From Bugula neritina (taxonomy: Eukaryota > Animalia > Bryozoa): a DNA stretch of 64,000 bases. The notes under the pieces are model-generated. The model did no database searches, was not told the DNA's origin, and saw only the letters and a program-made list of their open reading frames with translations. Of the stretch, positions 1-19,554 are shown piece by piece. The number at the start of each line of letters is the position of its first letter. Positions within the stretch are counted from its first letter, which is position 1. The stretch covers positions 8,938,581 to 9,002,580 of the forward strand of contig OZ037767.1 in assembly GCA_964035545.1 (NCBI GenBank). The letters run 5' to 3'. Position numbers and translations under genes: made by a program.

Positions 1-2786
1 TACCACAACTAAATAATGTAAAATATATTTCTTAAATTTTCCTTATATGCTATATGCTTTCCACAGTTATAAATTGTAATATCTACATAGTAACTGTAAG
101 TGTCAGTAATGAACAAAATACACTCATTTGTACAAAATTATTTTATATTCAACAAGTTGAAACACTGTATAGTGTATTATACTGGTTGACTACTCGACAG
201 ATTATACATGTATGTGTATTCATACCAATATATAATGTAAATTAGGCATGCAATGATATATACCTTATATATAGCTTGTACTTCTGCAACTAGTGTTTTG
301 ATTGAATATCATGTGGTTGCCTTCATTGATTTTCAGCCATTTGTGCAATAAAATTATTTAACTTTTATCATTGACTCTCCTGTATCTTCTAAAGGTGTGT
401 GCTCATTCATAACATAGTCATCTTTGGTGGTAACAAGTGTTGAAATTGTTCTATATGATATCACTGCAACCATGTGTTACTTAATAAGATAAAAAGTTCC
501 AAAAATCATTTAAACCATTTTTATATGTATTTTCACAAAACCAGTGCCATTTTAGCTGACATGTAGTACATGACACATTTTATCAAGTTCTCTCATAAAG
601 CTAGGCTAATTTATGAGCATGACCACCCAAGTAGAAAGGTTGGAACTCCAAGCTTTATTATGAAATATGTAATGACTATCAATTCATCAAAACCAACCAT
701 ACTGAATTAAAACAAATATTATGCAGTATCAATAGCAACTTCTTATCCAGTGGAATAATATAATAGCATAAGCAATTTATATATGTATGCATATAGAAAT
801 CAATTTCTTTAAAACAACAGGTCATTTGCCTGATTGCAGTCACTGACAGCTCTAAATGCTATAATAATCCACTTACAGTCTGCTGCATAAACTACCTCAT
901 ATATCCTCAGCAATTAAAAGGAGCATTGAAAGTGTTATTTACTTTTCTATTCTCCTGAAGCTACTCATTAAAGAAAATGTATGCATAGTGTCAGAGCACT
1001 GGAATATCTTAACATGACCAGCTCTCCTGGCTAGATTAGGTTGCAGTAGGTGAACTGCTGCTATAAACGCTGTCAACTTTAAACATTCATGGTTATAGAT
1101 AAGGCCCAATAATAGCAGGTTGAAAGTTAGTTACCTATGCAAAATTATTTTTAGCTATTATTATGTACATCAATTACTGATCTAGTATAGTAGCCATATC
1201 AGTGGTAGTTGCATAGTAGTCATTTAATTCAACCCAATGGAATAACTGCAAAATTATATATTCGGGATATGATTCAATTCTTTGTTATTTTAGAAATAAA
1301 AATGATTAGCCTTTGTTTTAATAATACATGCAGTCGGTTTTTATCAAGTAGTTATTGGCATTTTCAAAAGTTTCATTATAATTAAAAATTAAAATATTTA
1401 CAAAATTACTTTTATTAACTTTAGATCTCTGAGTAAGATTTTGGTAATTACTGCTTTGACTTGTACTGGCTTTTGTAAAATATTATTACATCAAGCACAC
1501 CACATGAACGACATGCCGCGATTCTTATTTTAGAGTGCAGTTTGGCACCTAGCATTATACTATGTATATATATTGTGTATATTGTGTGTATACTGTATAT
1601 ACTATGTGTATACTGTTTATACTGCGCATCATGTGTGTATGATGTGTATAGTATCTTTAGGCTATGCGTGCTCACCTATAAACTCCTAGTTGTGTCTATG
1701 GCTACCAATAGCAGCTACTGTAAATATTACTTTTAGTAAAGTCGCTGTCACAAGAAATGCTTTTACAACATGAAGTTTCAATATGGAACCAGCTATTTAT
1801 CTTTGCCATCTTTAAGCTCTCTCCTATGTTTTCGTTTATTGTATTAGGCTGTTGTGTATAAACAGCTAAGTAGCCATTGCAATATTCATCTACATGTTGA
1901 CCAACTTACATCTTTGCAGTCAGTGCGGCCTTATTTGCTGATCACTTTATAGAATATAGTATTGATGCTTGGATTATCACATATTATTTATATATTTAAA
2001 TAATAAATACCTTTAAGGCAAATTTACCAAGACAAGTTAATCTGCACATACATTGTCCATGGCTGTTTGCATGTTCACTGAGCAATATCAACTTTAAATA
2101 TAGCAAACACAAAATATGATTAACTTTATGTATAACTTATTTAGGTTGGGCAAATACCTAGACCCAATATAGCTATCAAAAACTATTTGTTATTCAAATT
2201 TGATCAAGTATAGGCAGGCTCAAGTCTAATGTTGACTAAATTTTCTTTTTTATAAAATGAACACGGCAATTATGCAAGTAAACAAGACAGCATATAATAG
2301 CACATTATTATGTTATTGACAAAGGAAATTAAAAGGTATTTTAATTTTTAGCAATGCATCTATTAGCAACAGCATTTTCTTAGCAGCACTAAAACAAATA
2401 AAAAAATTCACAGTACTTCAGATAATTTTCTCATAACCAGACCATTTGAAAAGATCTAAAGCTTGCATAAAATTGTAAAGATGAAAAGTTATAGATTTTA
2501 TTTGTTTTTAGTTTCTTCTCTTATTAATATTCTCTCAGAAATCTCTAATGAAATGCTTGAATTACAAGTAGGCATATTGCAGTGAATGTACACAACATAC
2601 TTCAAAAGCTCTATTCAGTTTCAGCACTCAGATGAATTGAATTATTTACGTGGTTAAGAGAGTATTAGCAAGAGCTATTCACTCGTGAATGCAGCACTCA
2701 GCATCAGCTCTCAACGACAGCAGGCAGCAGGCGGCGGTGTCCAGCAATATTCTCACTTGTCTCTTAAAATACACACGTGTAACAAA

Positions 2787-8577
<5,791 letters not shown>

Positions 8578-9296
8578 TTACTGTTGGAGAATCTAAAAAT
8601 AAAATTGTTGATACCTACCAGAACTTTAACTTTTTACTGTATAACATTTGTGGTAGACTGGAACTTCAACTTCAGTTTTTCATTTTCGATTTGGGACTAT
8701 TTAGAATATGGCAGTACCATATTTATTATATTTTATATAATATTATAAACAACTTTTATAAATAGTGTATTTTGGTGTGTGATGCATTGACTTATTACAT
8801 TTTCACAATATACCTGATTATTTGCTCAAACTACTGTATAAATAATTGAATGTGGCTATGTTGTGGTGTGCATGAGTGACCACTAATGAATTCAAGTTTG
8901 TGAATAACCAGAAATGAATTTTGTGAAAATGTAATTTTCCTTTATTTTTATAGTTATATGCAGTATGTTTTTCTCTTGATAATATATGTTAATGTTTTAT
9001 ATAATATACAGTCTTTGATTCTGCCAATTATAGAATTTGAAAACATATAAAACATTTGTTGTAATAAAATATATTTTTGAGTAGTAGGATTATTGTGATA
9101 TAATTGACCATATGCACCACAGTTTACAAAAATTTTGTAACAGTTTGTGAGTGGTGCGAATGGTATAATTAGATAGTAAGTCATTACTTTTGCCTAATAG
9201 GTGACAACTCCATACTTGCTGGCAAAACTATTTAACTGTGTTATATTGTATTCAGCATTCTGGGTTAATTGTGCATGTGAACTCACTGAATAATAT

Positions 9297-11470
9297 TATG
9301 TTGCAACTTTTGGGTTAGCTCTGGTTTGTTATATTGAGACAGGCTGCTTGGCTTAGCTGCGAAATAACTTCAGCTCCTGTCAATCTGTTGGGTTAGCCGT
9401 TAGGGTACTCGTCTGGTGATGTTCTACAGTCTAGGATCCTGGACTAGCACAACCTAACACATTCTCACAACATCCTCACAACCATACACAAGTTCCATAT
9501 ACTCAGAACTTCAAACTATGTCTCTTACGACATTCTCTATTGTTTTCCATTCTCTTTCACACTTGCCCTATTTTATACTTGTTCCATTCATACAGGCCAG
9601 GCCTACAGTATATTATTTATGTTGATGCAACATAATCTTTTTGAATAGAGTTGCGCTCTATGTTCATATCATAGTAAGGGAAGATAACTAACCAAGTTAA
9701 AAAAACTAATATAACAGCTGGGATAACTAGTATTTCAATAGGAAATAAAATTGCTAAACTAATACCTATTATACTACTACTTTTACCATTGCTATATGCC
9801 ATTTCTTCTCCACTATAATACATGCATTATATATGCAAGCATGGGATAAAATTAAGAGCTGAAGTCATCAGCATTGAAGTTGAACTGCCAACACATACAA
9901 CCATGCAATTATTTAAACAATTATAATAAACAAAAAGCAGTTAAATTATTATTATTGTGTTGGTGTGTGTGTGTGTGTTGGTGTGTGTGTTGCTGTGTGA
10001 GTGTGTGTGGGTGTGTTGGTGTGTGTGTTGGTGCGTGTGTTTGCCTGCCCTGCGTGTGCATTATTTTGCTGGTGTTCCATGTGTAAAATAAATTGACCCA
10101 TACCAGATGTGAACTTGTTACACATGTGGACTGCAGCAGATTTCTCATCTTAGAGTGACCTAGTAAGTTGTGATAATTCAACAGGCCGAAGTATCCAGGA
10201 GATACTATAAATTATATATAATATATACACTTGCCATGGGCGTCAAGAGTTGAATATCGCCAGGTTTATGATAGACCAACATGGTAATTATATGTGAGTA
10301 TTTTACTACTTGAATTGCTTATCACTGCATTTCCATTGCTTCGAATGGATTCGTAGGAGCACCAGTACAATGAATTTGTGATTTTGGTGTGCATGAACTT
10401 ATGGTTGTAGTTTCATTTGATGCAACTGTTTCCAGATTCATTCAGCGTAGAAGGTAATGGAAGGGCAGTGATGGAAAATTTCTTTATCTGCTTGCATTTA
10501 ATGTGACCCAAAAGACTAGTTACAGAAAAGTAGCAGGCCAATTGTGGTGGAATCCACAACTGGCTGACTTGAAGTCATCCACCCCAACAACATATTATTA
10601 GCTCAGAGGGAATCGGCACTCTACAGACCAAATATTTTGATAAAGCTAGCCTATGATATTTACCAGAAAAAATCAGTTTTGTTTGAAAATGAAAAAATTG
10701 ATTGAAAATATAATAGAACAGTGATTTTCAAAATATTTTGTTGTACTAGCAGTTAATTATAGGAAATAATGCAGGGTTACTATGTGCATTTGATGCAGGC
10801 ATTTGAACTATGTAAGTTAATTTTCGTTAAATCCAACTAAAGCAAAAAGCTCATGCTGTACATTTATGTTTTATTATAGCTTTCTAAAGCATAAAATAAA
10901 TGCTGGTTATCCAGGTGAAAAGACAAGAATCAAGAAGCAAGATCAATAATGACACTCCTGGATTGTAATTCTTATTTCTTGAAATGCATTTATGCTGTAT
11001 TAACAGATGTTATGCTTCACCAACATTCTATATATTGTAGAAAAGATCATCTCTCGAATATACTAGTGAACTGACTAAATTATCATATTATCAGCTTGGA
11101 GATTCCAGCTGAGTCAGTGTTGATATAATGCTACTTCCCTGATCCATGATTTGCAATTTTAGACAACCCTGGATAATGACTACACAAACCTCAGTAGGCC
11201 GGCGTGTACGTGGGTGTGGAAAAACCCATGCATTGCATAATTGGAAATTCCGTGACTCATAATAAGATAAGCATTGGTTCCTGCAAAATGTAAATGAATG
11301 CCGACCAGTTATTGAAATGAAACTGTATAGTACAGCATAACGTTGCCCACAGTAAAAGGATTCTTCGTGAACACATTATAACTGATTCATTTCAAAATAC
11401 ATATATCCAGCTGTATTTCACCATTTTGGCAGGTTCTACTTTACCAGGGGTTATATACAGATCAATTTGT
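9297..11470 (-). pseudogene. Heavily decayed relic of a probable single-pass membrane protein gene
   Basis: Several minus-strand, higher-GC blocks begin at AG acceptors (about 11470, 10620, 9424) and read as protein-like frames interrupted by stops. A clear hydrophobic segment SSIIGISLAILFPIEILVIPAVILVFLTW lies in ORF 9617-9823. No family recognised. Confidence 0.3.
9957..10060. repeat. Degenerate (GT)n microsatellite
   Basis: Interrupted gtgtgt runs; explains the ORFs at 9874-10086 and 9921-10181. Confidence 0.9.
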
Positions 11471-12543
11471 CTGTAAAACGACAAATTTATAACTGAAATC
11501 CTGCTAGTATAAATACTGCTAAGCTTTTAAGTTATCCGCAAACAGCTTCTGCTAGGGTGCCAGATATACCAAAATAATTCAATTAACCCTATTAAACTGG
11601 TAGGGTGTTTCACACTAATACTTGATGTTTTAAAATATTCAGTCTAATCATTCTCTCAATTAGAACTGCATTTTTATAGGTTCAATGTCTTATATATCAT
11701 TCAGTTCAAACTCAAAATGAAATATAAATATCCAATAGTTTTTACAATTATACCTATTAAATTTTGAAGTGATTATTTTATGAAGAACCAAACCATTGAA
11801 TAGTGGTCAGCACATCAAACATTGGTTCACACCTCACAATCCAAAAAGTAAATTAAATCCATAAAGTAACAGCATAACAAAATAGAAAAAGAGAACTTTG
11901 AGACATTGACCCTATGACGTTTTGGACTGTCAATTTGAGCACATCTCTAACATGCTTTGATTTTGAACTAAACCGAGAAGAATTTTAGATGTATAGAAAT
12001 AAATTACACCAACCTCTCACCTTCAGCCACCAAGCTAATGTCTCTCAAGAGTACGTTTTGATAAATTTTCACAGTTATACACCTAAGTACTATATGATTA
12101 CTTATATTATTCTTGTAGCAGTAAACTTGCATCTTTATTTCAGACAGTAAATACTAAACAATAGGTTTCTAGATAGGTTATAACTTTAGATTTGCAATAC
12201 TGCATATTAATGGTATGCTTCTCACCATCTCTCAGAACTTCTGTTAAGTTTTTGGCTGGTCAGCGTGGTAGGCAAGTGAATTGTTCCTTAATCAATAAAA
12301 GCGTAGTCAAACACTGAAATGAAAAATGGAAAACCCACCCGTGAGTCATGAGTCATTGTAACAGGCTTTTATCAGTAACCAGACAACTGGGATTTTCCAA
12401 CATCACTTGATTTTATTGGTCAATTCATACACTACGCATTGTATGACCCACGTGCGCGGCACAGTTTTATTGTGGTTATGATCAACAGTAGTTGCAGTTG
12501 GTAATTAAATGCGACGTATTCCACAAGGACATTTCGAACAACC

Positions 12544-13015
12544 ATGGCAAGTAATCCGAATGAAAGAATGAGCTCAAGTAGTGAAGATGAAAGCTTAGAA
12601 GAAGCACATGTTTCTGTACAGGTCAGTGAATGCGAATCTGAACATTATACTGACGATGATGACATGACATGTGCAGCAGCAGAAGTTTTTGATGAAGGTG
12701 GGTGTATGTCAGTGGACAGAGCTGACGCAAAGCTCCGGCAGCAACAGCTTTCAGTAGTCCTTATATTTTTCTTCTATACTTTGGTAGATATTATATCCGT
12801 AATATTTCAGTACAGCGGTACATTACTCAACAAGCTGGCGTTGATTCTGCTTGGTGGACAACTCACACTAACACTTGTGAGCATGTATCAACAGTTACAG
12901 AGAGGACTACACTTTTTCAAACTGCTAATACAAAGACTAGTGACTTTTCTGTTTATAAACTTCGTCAGCCGCAGGTCATGGAGAAGATAACACTCGGTGG
13001 CATAGATTTGACTTA
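12544..13015 (+). mobile_element. piggyBac-like transposase N-terminal remnant (frameshifted, truncated)
   Basis: Very acidic S/D/E N-terminus (MSSSSEDESLEE...YTDDDD), then LIFFFYTLVDII and, after a frameshift, QRYITQQAGVDSAWW. This resembles the piggyBac F.LFF...IV.ETN.YA....W block. No DDD core follows. A possible left end TTAA-CCCT lies at about 11583. Confidence 0.45.
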
Positions 13016-14949
13016 GCGTAGAGAGAAATCTGCTGAATATATACTTTAGAAAAATTTTTCACTTTCAGCCAGTCAAAGCCACTTAAGAAACATTAGTCTT
13101 AGAATTGTTTAAAATAGTATAACTTTGTGCTGACTAATAAAACAGTAAGCAGCACACTTAGAAGATGGAACCTACAGAGAATATTCAATGTGCCAAAGAG
13201 AGATCAGTAGATAAAGCTTACAGGTTTTACACAAACTGATGAAAGACTCAGAATTTGCAGCAAACAACCTTACAAATCTACAGGACTCACTTGAATCCAT
13301 TTAACTCACATATTGCAAGAAATTACAGGAACAATCTGGAGAACTCTTCAAGGAAAGTATTACTTCTTGACGAATTTAACTCAAATCTGACAGCCCATAG
13401 ATGTGCCTGAATCATTCAACATACAATGTTATATTTTATTAAAATATCATTGAGCTCAGCATGAAATAGTGCTCTTGATTCGAGATGCTTATTTCTATTA
13501 TTTAAATTACCAAATATATAGACTTTGTATGCTTATTTCCTTAACAAATAATGTTCATGCAAAGCTCAGCTCCACTTGTCCATGTGAGCTATAGAGCCTT
13601 TTTATTACGGCACATCGTACAATGTTATATAGACATTTACTAGGACCTACATTTTAGCTTTCACATTTATTAGACATAGAAAATTTATCATCTAATTTGA
13701 TTACAGATATCACAAGTTATCAAAATATTTCAATATTTAAATTGCATGCTATTCAGATGTTGCAAAAATTTTAGATTTAATGATATAATAATGTATTGTT
13801 CTTCAGCGATTAACTCTAAGTTGTCAATCTACCATTTCTGCAATCTTATTTTTTATTCTTTTTTACTTTTGGTTATCTGACTCTATTATACAACATATGC
13901 AATTAAAACATCACTGCTGTTACTCATGGCAATTGTGCATCAGATTACTGAATGCAGCTGACCAAATTACAAGTTGTGTTCCCCTGTCAGTAGGACCAAA
14001 GTTTATTTCTTATTTCAATAAATAATATTATAGTCATATAGCTTTCAGCCATTCTTAAACTTCTAGTGAATTTTCGTTGTGTTAATTATTGCTGTGAAAC
14101 ATAATATTATTATACAAATTCCAAGTAACAAGTACTTATCAATACATCAGATATAGTTTTATTAGTTCCATAACTAATTTTTGTTGGTTATGCTATATGA
14201 ACAACTTGACTGCATAATTATGTCTGGAACGGTTAGCACTTAATTATATAACTCACTTCTGCACCTTGTATAGCAGTTATAATAAGATGACACGTAACCT
14301 GTGTATCTCACTGTTACATTGTGCAACTATACAAGTGAACTCAAAAGGCTGTTGGGCTACACATGTGCATCATAACACAGTATATGCTAATCAGCATCTA
14401 CGAATGGGAAACTTATAAAATCTAGTGGGTCCTGTAAATCTTGAATTTGTCAACACCTTAGGCCTACATATAGAAATTTTCTCGCCAAATGCAAGTAATC
14501 ATTATTCAGAATTAATTATAAAACAAAATATTGCTATCCTAACTGCCAACACCACGTGGACTCCGGGTCTGTGGTGGTGAAAAGAAGCGAAGTCTGGAAG
14601 CAAGCTTGGTAGACATGTCATACACAAAGTTCCAAATACTTGAACTGAGAAATGTGATTGCCTCAAGCAGAGATATACTTTTTGTAATACAAAAGCATCT
14701 GAGGAAAAATTTAGATTATACAATTACAGGTATGCAAGAATTTTAGAGCAAAACAACTTTAAATATGAAAAGTAGATCATAGCAGCTTTTTCTTACTTTC
14801 AGGTGTGAAATTTCAAAGATTACAGAGTACAGACACAAACTAGCCAGCATACCCAAGGGCAATTTTCATAAACTATTTCACATAATATTACAGTGGTTAA
14901 TAACAAAAATGAATTCACGTGCTACATCAACCTCCTTGTTATATGAATA

Positions 14950-15198
14950 CCACACAAACACATTCCAGCACACCACACAAGCACAGCCCAGCACACCACA
15001 CAAGCACAGCCCAGCACACCACACAAGCACACCACACAAGCACACCACACAAGCACATCACAAGAGCACACCACAAGAGCACACCACACGAGCACACCAC
15101 ACGAGCACACCACACGAGCACACCACACGAGCACACCACACGAGCACACCACACGAGCACACCACACGAGCACACCACACGAGCACACCACACAAGCA
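14950..15198. repeat. Minisatellite, 14-bp unit gagcacaccacac(g/a)
   Basis: About 15 near-perfect copies; explains four overlapping low-complexity ORFs at 14909-15284. Confidence 0.95.
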
Positions 15199-15367
15199 TG
15201 CAAAGTAAACAATGTATAAAACTGACCAGAGGAATTAGAAACAAGGACTTTATTGACACTAAACAGACTTATGTACAGAAGTGATATCAGTGAAGTTCCA
15301 GAAAGTTACCGCATTGCAACTAAGAGAGTTAAAATATACAGAGAAATGTATTAAAGAGTGTCAACAT

Positions 15368-17314
15368 TTACTTGGCAGTGCCAAGTGGATTTCTAAGTAC
15401 TAGTATAACTGAGTCCCCTCTCAAGAACATTTTACTGATGTACCGATCTTTGTTAACTGGTTTACCCTTTTTCTTGCCTTTACCAGTCTTTGGTAATTCT
15501 GTCCACATCTCCTTTACATTCTCCATCACCATATTGCAGTGCCTGTAGCATGTACCACATATGACTTACATGCACAACAAATTAGTTGCACTACTTTTGA
15601 CTTTATTGAGATTGATAATTTTCCACAACTTGGACCCCTTAATACTATATAGTACAAACTTGAAATTCATTCAATCTACTCTCTCATGAGTATCTATGTT
15701 CATCAAAAAAACAAACTATATGTTAGAATGGCATACATCTGAATGAATGCATTATGAAAAGTTAAAAATACATAAATGACGCCACTTTGAAACATGTTTT
15801 GGCTACTTGCAGCTTACATTTCTTAATTGTACAAATCAATACTAAAACAGTAAATCCCATAAGTTTGAATGACTCAACAATCATTTATCTTTTCAAAGTA
15901 TGAACCATGAACTACAGCTACACTAAAAGTAGTCACCTATCAAATGCCTTCACTCTGCCTAGGAGTTTCTTGTTGTTCCTGCAGTTGATCAGAACCTGGG
16001 TGTTGTTTTTGACGGACTGTGTGAGTACGGAGAGAGGACCTGTGTTGAACTCCTCCTGCTCCCGGGCTGCCATCTCCTCAGGGGTCATCTCTGATTTAGG
16101 TTTTATAGCCCTTCATAATAAGAACAAAGCAATTAAATTTAAACATACATTATATTATTATACGCTGTGTGTTGACTGTGAAGTAGTGGTGAATATTTTA
16201 TATATTAACTGATATGTTAGTTGATATATTAACCCAGAGTAGCCATCAAATTTAAAAAGAATACCAATTTGAATACGAATTAAACTTGAAGTATACATCA
16301 ACCTCAACATTTATAACTCTACGTTTTAACTTTGTCTCTGAATTTAATTTTAGGTTTATGTACGAATCCTATGAGTAATCGCGAAGGAGTTCAGCCTGTT
16401 TTAACTGCTAGTAGCAGTTGTACTGCTACTACTAAATTTAATAGTAGACAGCCAGTACTAGTACTAGTAGCGTGAGTAGTATTCACTAGTAGTAGCAGTG
16501 CCAGTAGTTGTACTACTACTGGATTACTATTACTACTAATACTAGTGCTACCAAGCACTACTAGTAGTACTAACATTTGAGTATGATCAACCCTAAGTAC
16601 AAGAAGTACTATTAGTATTAGTAGTTCTAGTACTAGTAGTACTGCTGCTAGTACTACTACTTACTTAATCACTAAAAATCAAAATCAAATCAAGCTCCGA
16701 ATAGTTATTGTTGGTAGTAGTGATTATTATAATTATTAATATTATAAACACTCAATCATAAAATCAAAATTAAATGCAAGTCTCCGTATGACAAAAAATT
16801 AAATAAGAGTTTGCCACAGTAACAGTAACTCTAAGGAGGAAGGCTTACGCTTAGCTGCTCGTTTACGAATAAGTCTAAAATTAAAAGTGAGTTAGCCATC
16901 TGTTATACTTATAATTATTATTGTTGTTACTGTTAGTGCTAGAAAATAAGAATTAGTATAAGTCAAAATAAATTTAATCTTCTTTTTGATCAGATTTTCA
17001 TTTTGTGAAAATCAAAAGGCAAAAAATTTATAATTTGTAATTTACTGTGTAATCATATTCATAATGACAATGATTATAGATATTGATAATTCCTTAATTA
17101 ATATTCTTATACTTATAGAAATTTCAAATTTAGTTTTACTGCTTCAAATTGAAATTCAGTTTCAGTTTGGATTTGAACTTCCAAGTTCAATTTTAATTTG
17201 AGTTTTGTTAATTTATTTACCAAGGGCAAGTGGAACCTGAAAGTTCAAATTTAAATTACTTAGTCTTATAATTACTATCTTTAATTATGATACGGCAATA
17301 GAGACTTACGCCAT
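15368..17314 (-). CDS. SNRPD2: Small nuclear ribonucleoprotein Sm D2 (117 aa, 3 coding exons)
   Basis: Exons 17314-17310 (ATGGC|gtaagt), 16110-15937, 15542-15368; 354 nt in frame: [117 protein letters not shown], the highly conserved SmD2 sequence. Confidence 0.97.
16405..16662. repeat. Degenerate (TAG)n/(TAC)n trinucleotide low-complexity tract in SNRPD2 intron 1
   Basis: Alternating tagtagtag and tactactac runs. Confidence 0.8.
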
Positions 17315-17817
17315 TGTAGCAAAAACTGTTGGTTTTTTCTTCAATATGTTAGTTTTGAAACCCAGTCACAATTTCAGGCAATATCTGAGAACTTCAACGT
17401 GAATCGATATATCATGAAACAATTATGGCGGCACTCGGCTTTTTACTTGACCTTGATCTCATTAAGTAACCTTGACACCTAGCTGATGAGAGCATACAAT
17501 CTACAGGAAAAGACAACTCTTTTAATATTGATAGCTAACCTATTTTGTACGGATGCAACTAGAAAACAATAGCACTTTTAATCCTGAAGGATCAAAAATA
17601 CTTTAATGTTGTTGTTGGTGAATTCAGCCATTTAGCATAGTTATATTGTATTTTTAGCTTTATTTTGAACTACAAAGGCCTACTATTCATAGAGTTTATT
17701 TCTTGCAGATACCTACTAAAATATTTTTATTTTAATATTGTATTATATATTATTAGTATGAAATATTTTGCAATTGAACAGTTAGAGTGCTATACAATGT
17801 TGCCTTTTTCCGTACCT

Positions 17818-19554
17818 TCAACTTTTATTATTATCTGCGAAGTTATGCAATGACAAGGGCCCATTCGGAAGTGGACTGCTTTCCCCGCAAATTGTTTCTC
17901 TTTTGAAGCAAACAGGCCCAACTACTAGCTTGTTAAGATCTAAGGAGCTGAGTATATTCCATTCATAGTTAGCAACAATGTATTGGTTATTTCCCACGCT
18001 GGCAATTTTATGTGGATAAGTAAATTGAACCTCATCAGCTTTTCCATAGTATAAGTTACCAGGCATCGTAGAGCCAGCTACCACTTTGCTGTTAACAAAT
18101 CCTTTGTCAGACCAACTTACCTGAGAAATGTAGCCAGCCATATTAGCTACCAGCAACTCTTGGTTAGCCCAGAGCAGTCCTCTTGGGTTCTTGAGGTTAG
18201 ATTTTGTCACCATATTTAGTTCTCCTGTCTCCAAATTTACAGATCTCAGTGCATTGTTCAATTCATCAGTAACTAGTAACTTGCCTGGGTTCCTAATATC
18301 TACCTTCACACCCCATGGGTAAAACAACCGCCCAACCCATACTCTTCCATTCTTATTGCCACCAGATCCACATGTTCCTGCTAGTGATTACACATTGTTG
18401 TGTCCCCTGTGAAGAACATAGATCGGCAATTCTCGGTGGTCTGACCATTGGTTGTTTGTAGACCAGCAAAAGTGCCGTCATTCCTGTAGCCATCTTATTC
18501 CATATGAAACACTTCGGCAGAAACTTGAAGAAACAATTCTGATGCGTTGTAAGAGACACTGAAATAAGTTTTTGTATCGTGTTAATTGATAAAAACCATG
18601 AAAGGTTATAATCACTCTCCTTGTGAGAAACCCTGACAGAAAGGGTTTTCTTAAAAGCAGACTATATAAAGTACTTATTCATATGTGGCACAGGAGCAAT
18701 TATGATATGATGCTTGTCCTAACATCACCGAGGTCTTTACTGGGAATCTAACCTATAACATCAAGTTACTAAGCCAAACACCCCTAGACCTGCTCTCTGC
18801 ATTGCATTACTTAATAATATGAGTCATCAATAAATTGGTGAATATGCCGGAAAATTAGTGGGAAAAAATACTGCAAACTATTTTATCAAGGCACAAGTTT
18901 TATTATTTACTAACAACTTAAAACCTTAATAAAATACTCTTATACATATTATTAAGCAGTTGGTGATTATCAAACTAATATCTTGAAAAGTAAATGTGAA
19001 TTACACTATATGAATATAAGGTTCTTATGTTGTAATATATTTGCTGTAGTCTATGCCATACAGGACATATATTTATTCACCTTAATTCATGATTTTTATT
19101 CGACTCTGCCTTTTCACTTGCAGCCAGTAGAATCTAAAAAAGAAATTAACAAACTCCAACAAAGATGTATTAGAGAAAGTTGATTGCATTTCATAATTTC
19201 ACAATATACAAAGAAGTTTTTGTAAAGTTTTATGTAAGTGTTATTTTAAAAAGTCTAATAGGCTGACTTAAAATTCTGATTTCAGTCAATTTAGTAAAAG
19301 ATTTTATAAAACTGTAAGTATCAAATGTAAGAAAAAACATTCAAATATTATATATTTTATACACTTCATAGGCTTGTCTAGTACTTAAATTGTCTACGTA
19401 AGTTCCTCAGCTTAATAAACTAAACTTTATAGCAATTATCAAAGATCTATACAAACTAATAGTAAAAATTAGCTATATTCTATTATTGTAACTACACAAC
19501 TTGTTAGTAAAATGATATACTTACCACAAAAATAAACCAGTTTTTCAATATCAT
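17818..19554 (-). pseudogene. Secreted NHL-repeat / six-bladed beta-propeller protein, disrupted
   Basis: Exons 19554-19525 (MILKNWFIFV), 19133-19081 (ILLAASEKAESNKNHEL) and 18558-17818 splice in phase and give a signal peptide. There is an in-frame TAA at 18497-18495 (VFHME*DG) and a frameshift near 18390, before SLAGTCGSGGNKNG...LFYPWGVKVD..PGKLLVTDELNNALRSV...VVAGS....G...QFTYPHKI, which are NHL-type blades. Confidence 0.75.
18635..18800 (-). mobile_element. tRNA-derived SINE-like repeat copy (degenerate)
   Basis: The reverse strand shares ggtctagggg...gtgatg(t/c)tag...atcat...tgaataagt...aaaacccttt with the copy at 63030-63190. Confidence 0.5.

Noticed and set aside
13160-14730. Protein-like blocks at about 13160-13430 and 14510-14730
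   Set aside because: Multiple stops and no recognisable motif; possibly old transposon debris, but not supportable.
14909-15284. His/Thr-rich or Cys/Val-rich repeat proteins
   Set aside because: Open in several frames on both strands because of a stop-free 14-bp minisatellite.
15907-16212. 101-aa plus-strand ORF
   Set aside because: Antisense shadow of SNRPD2 exon 2.
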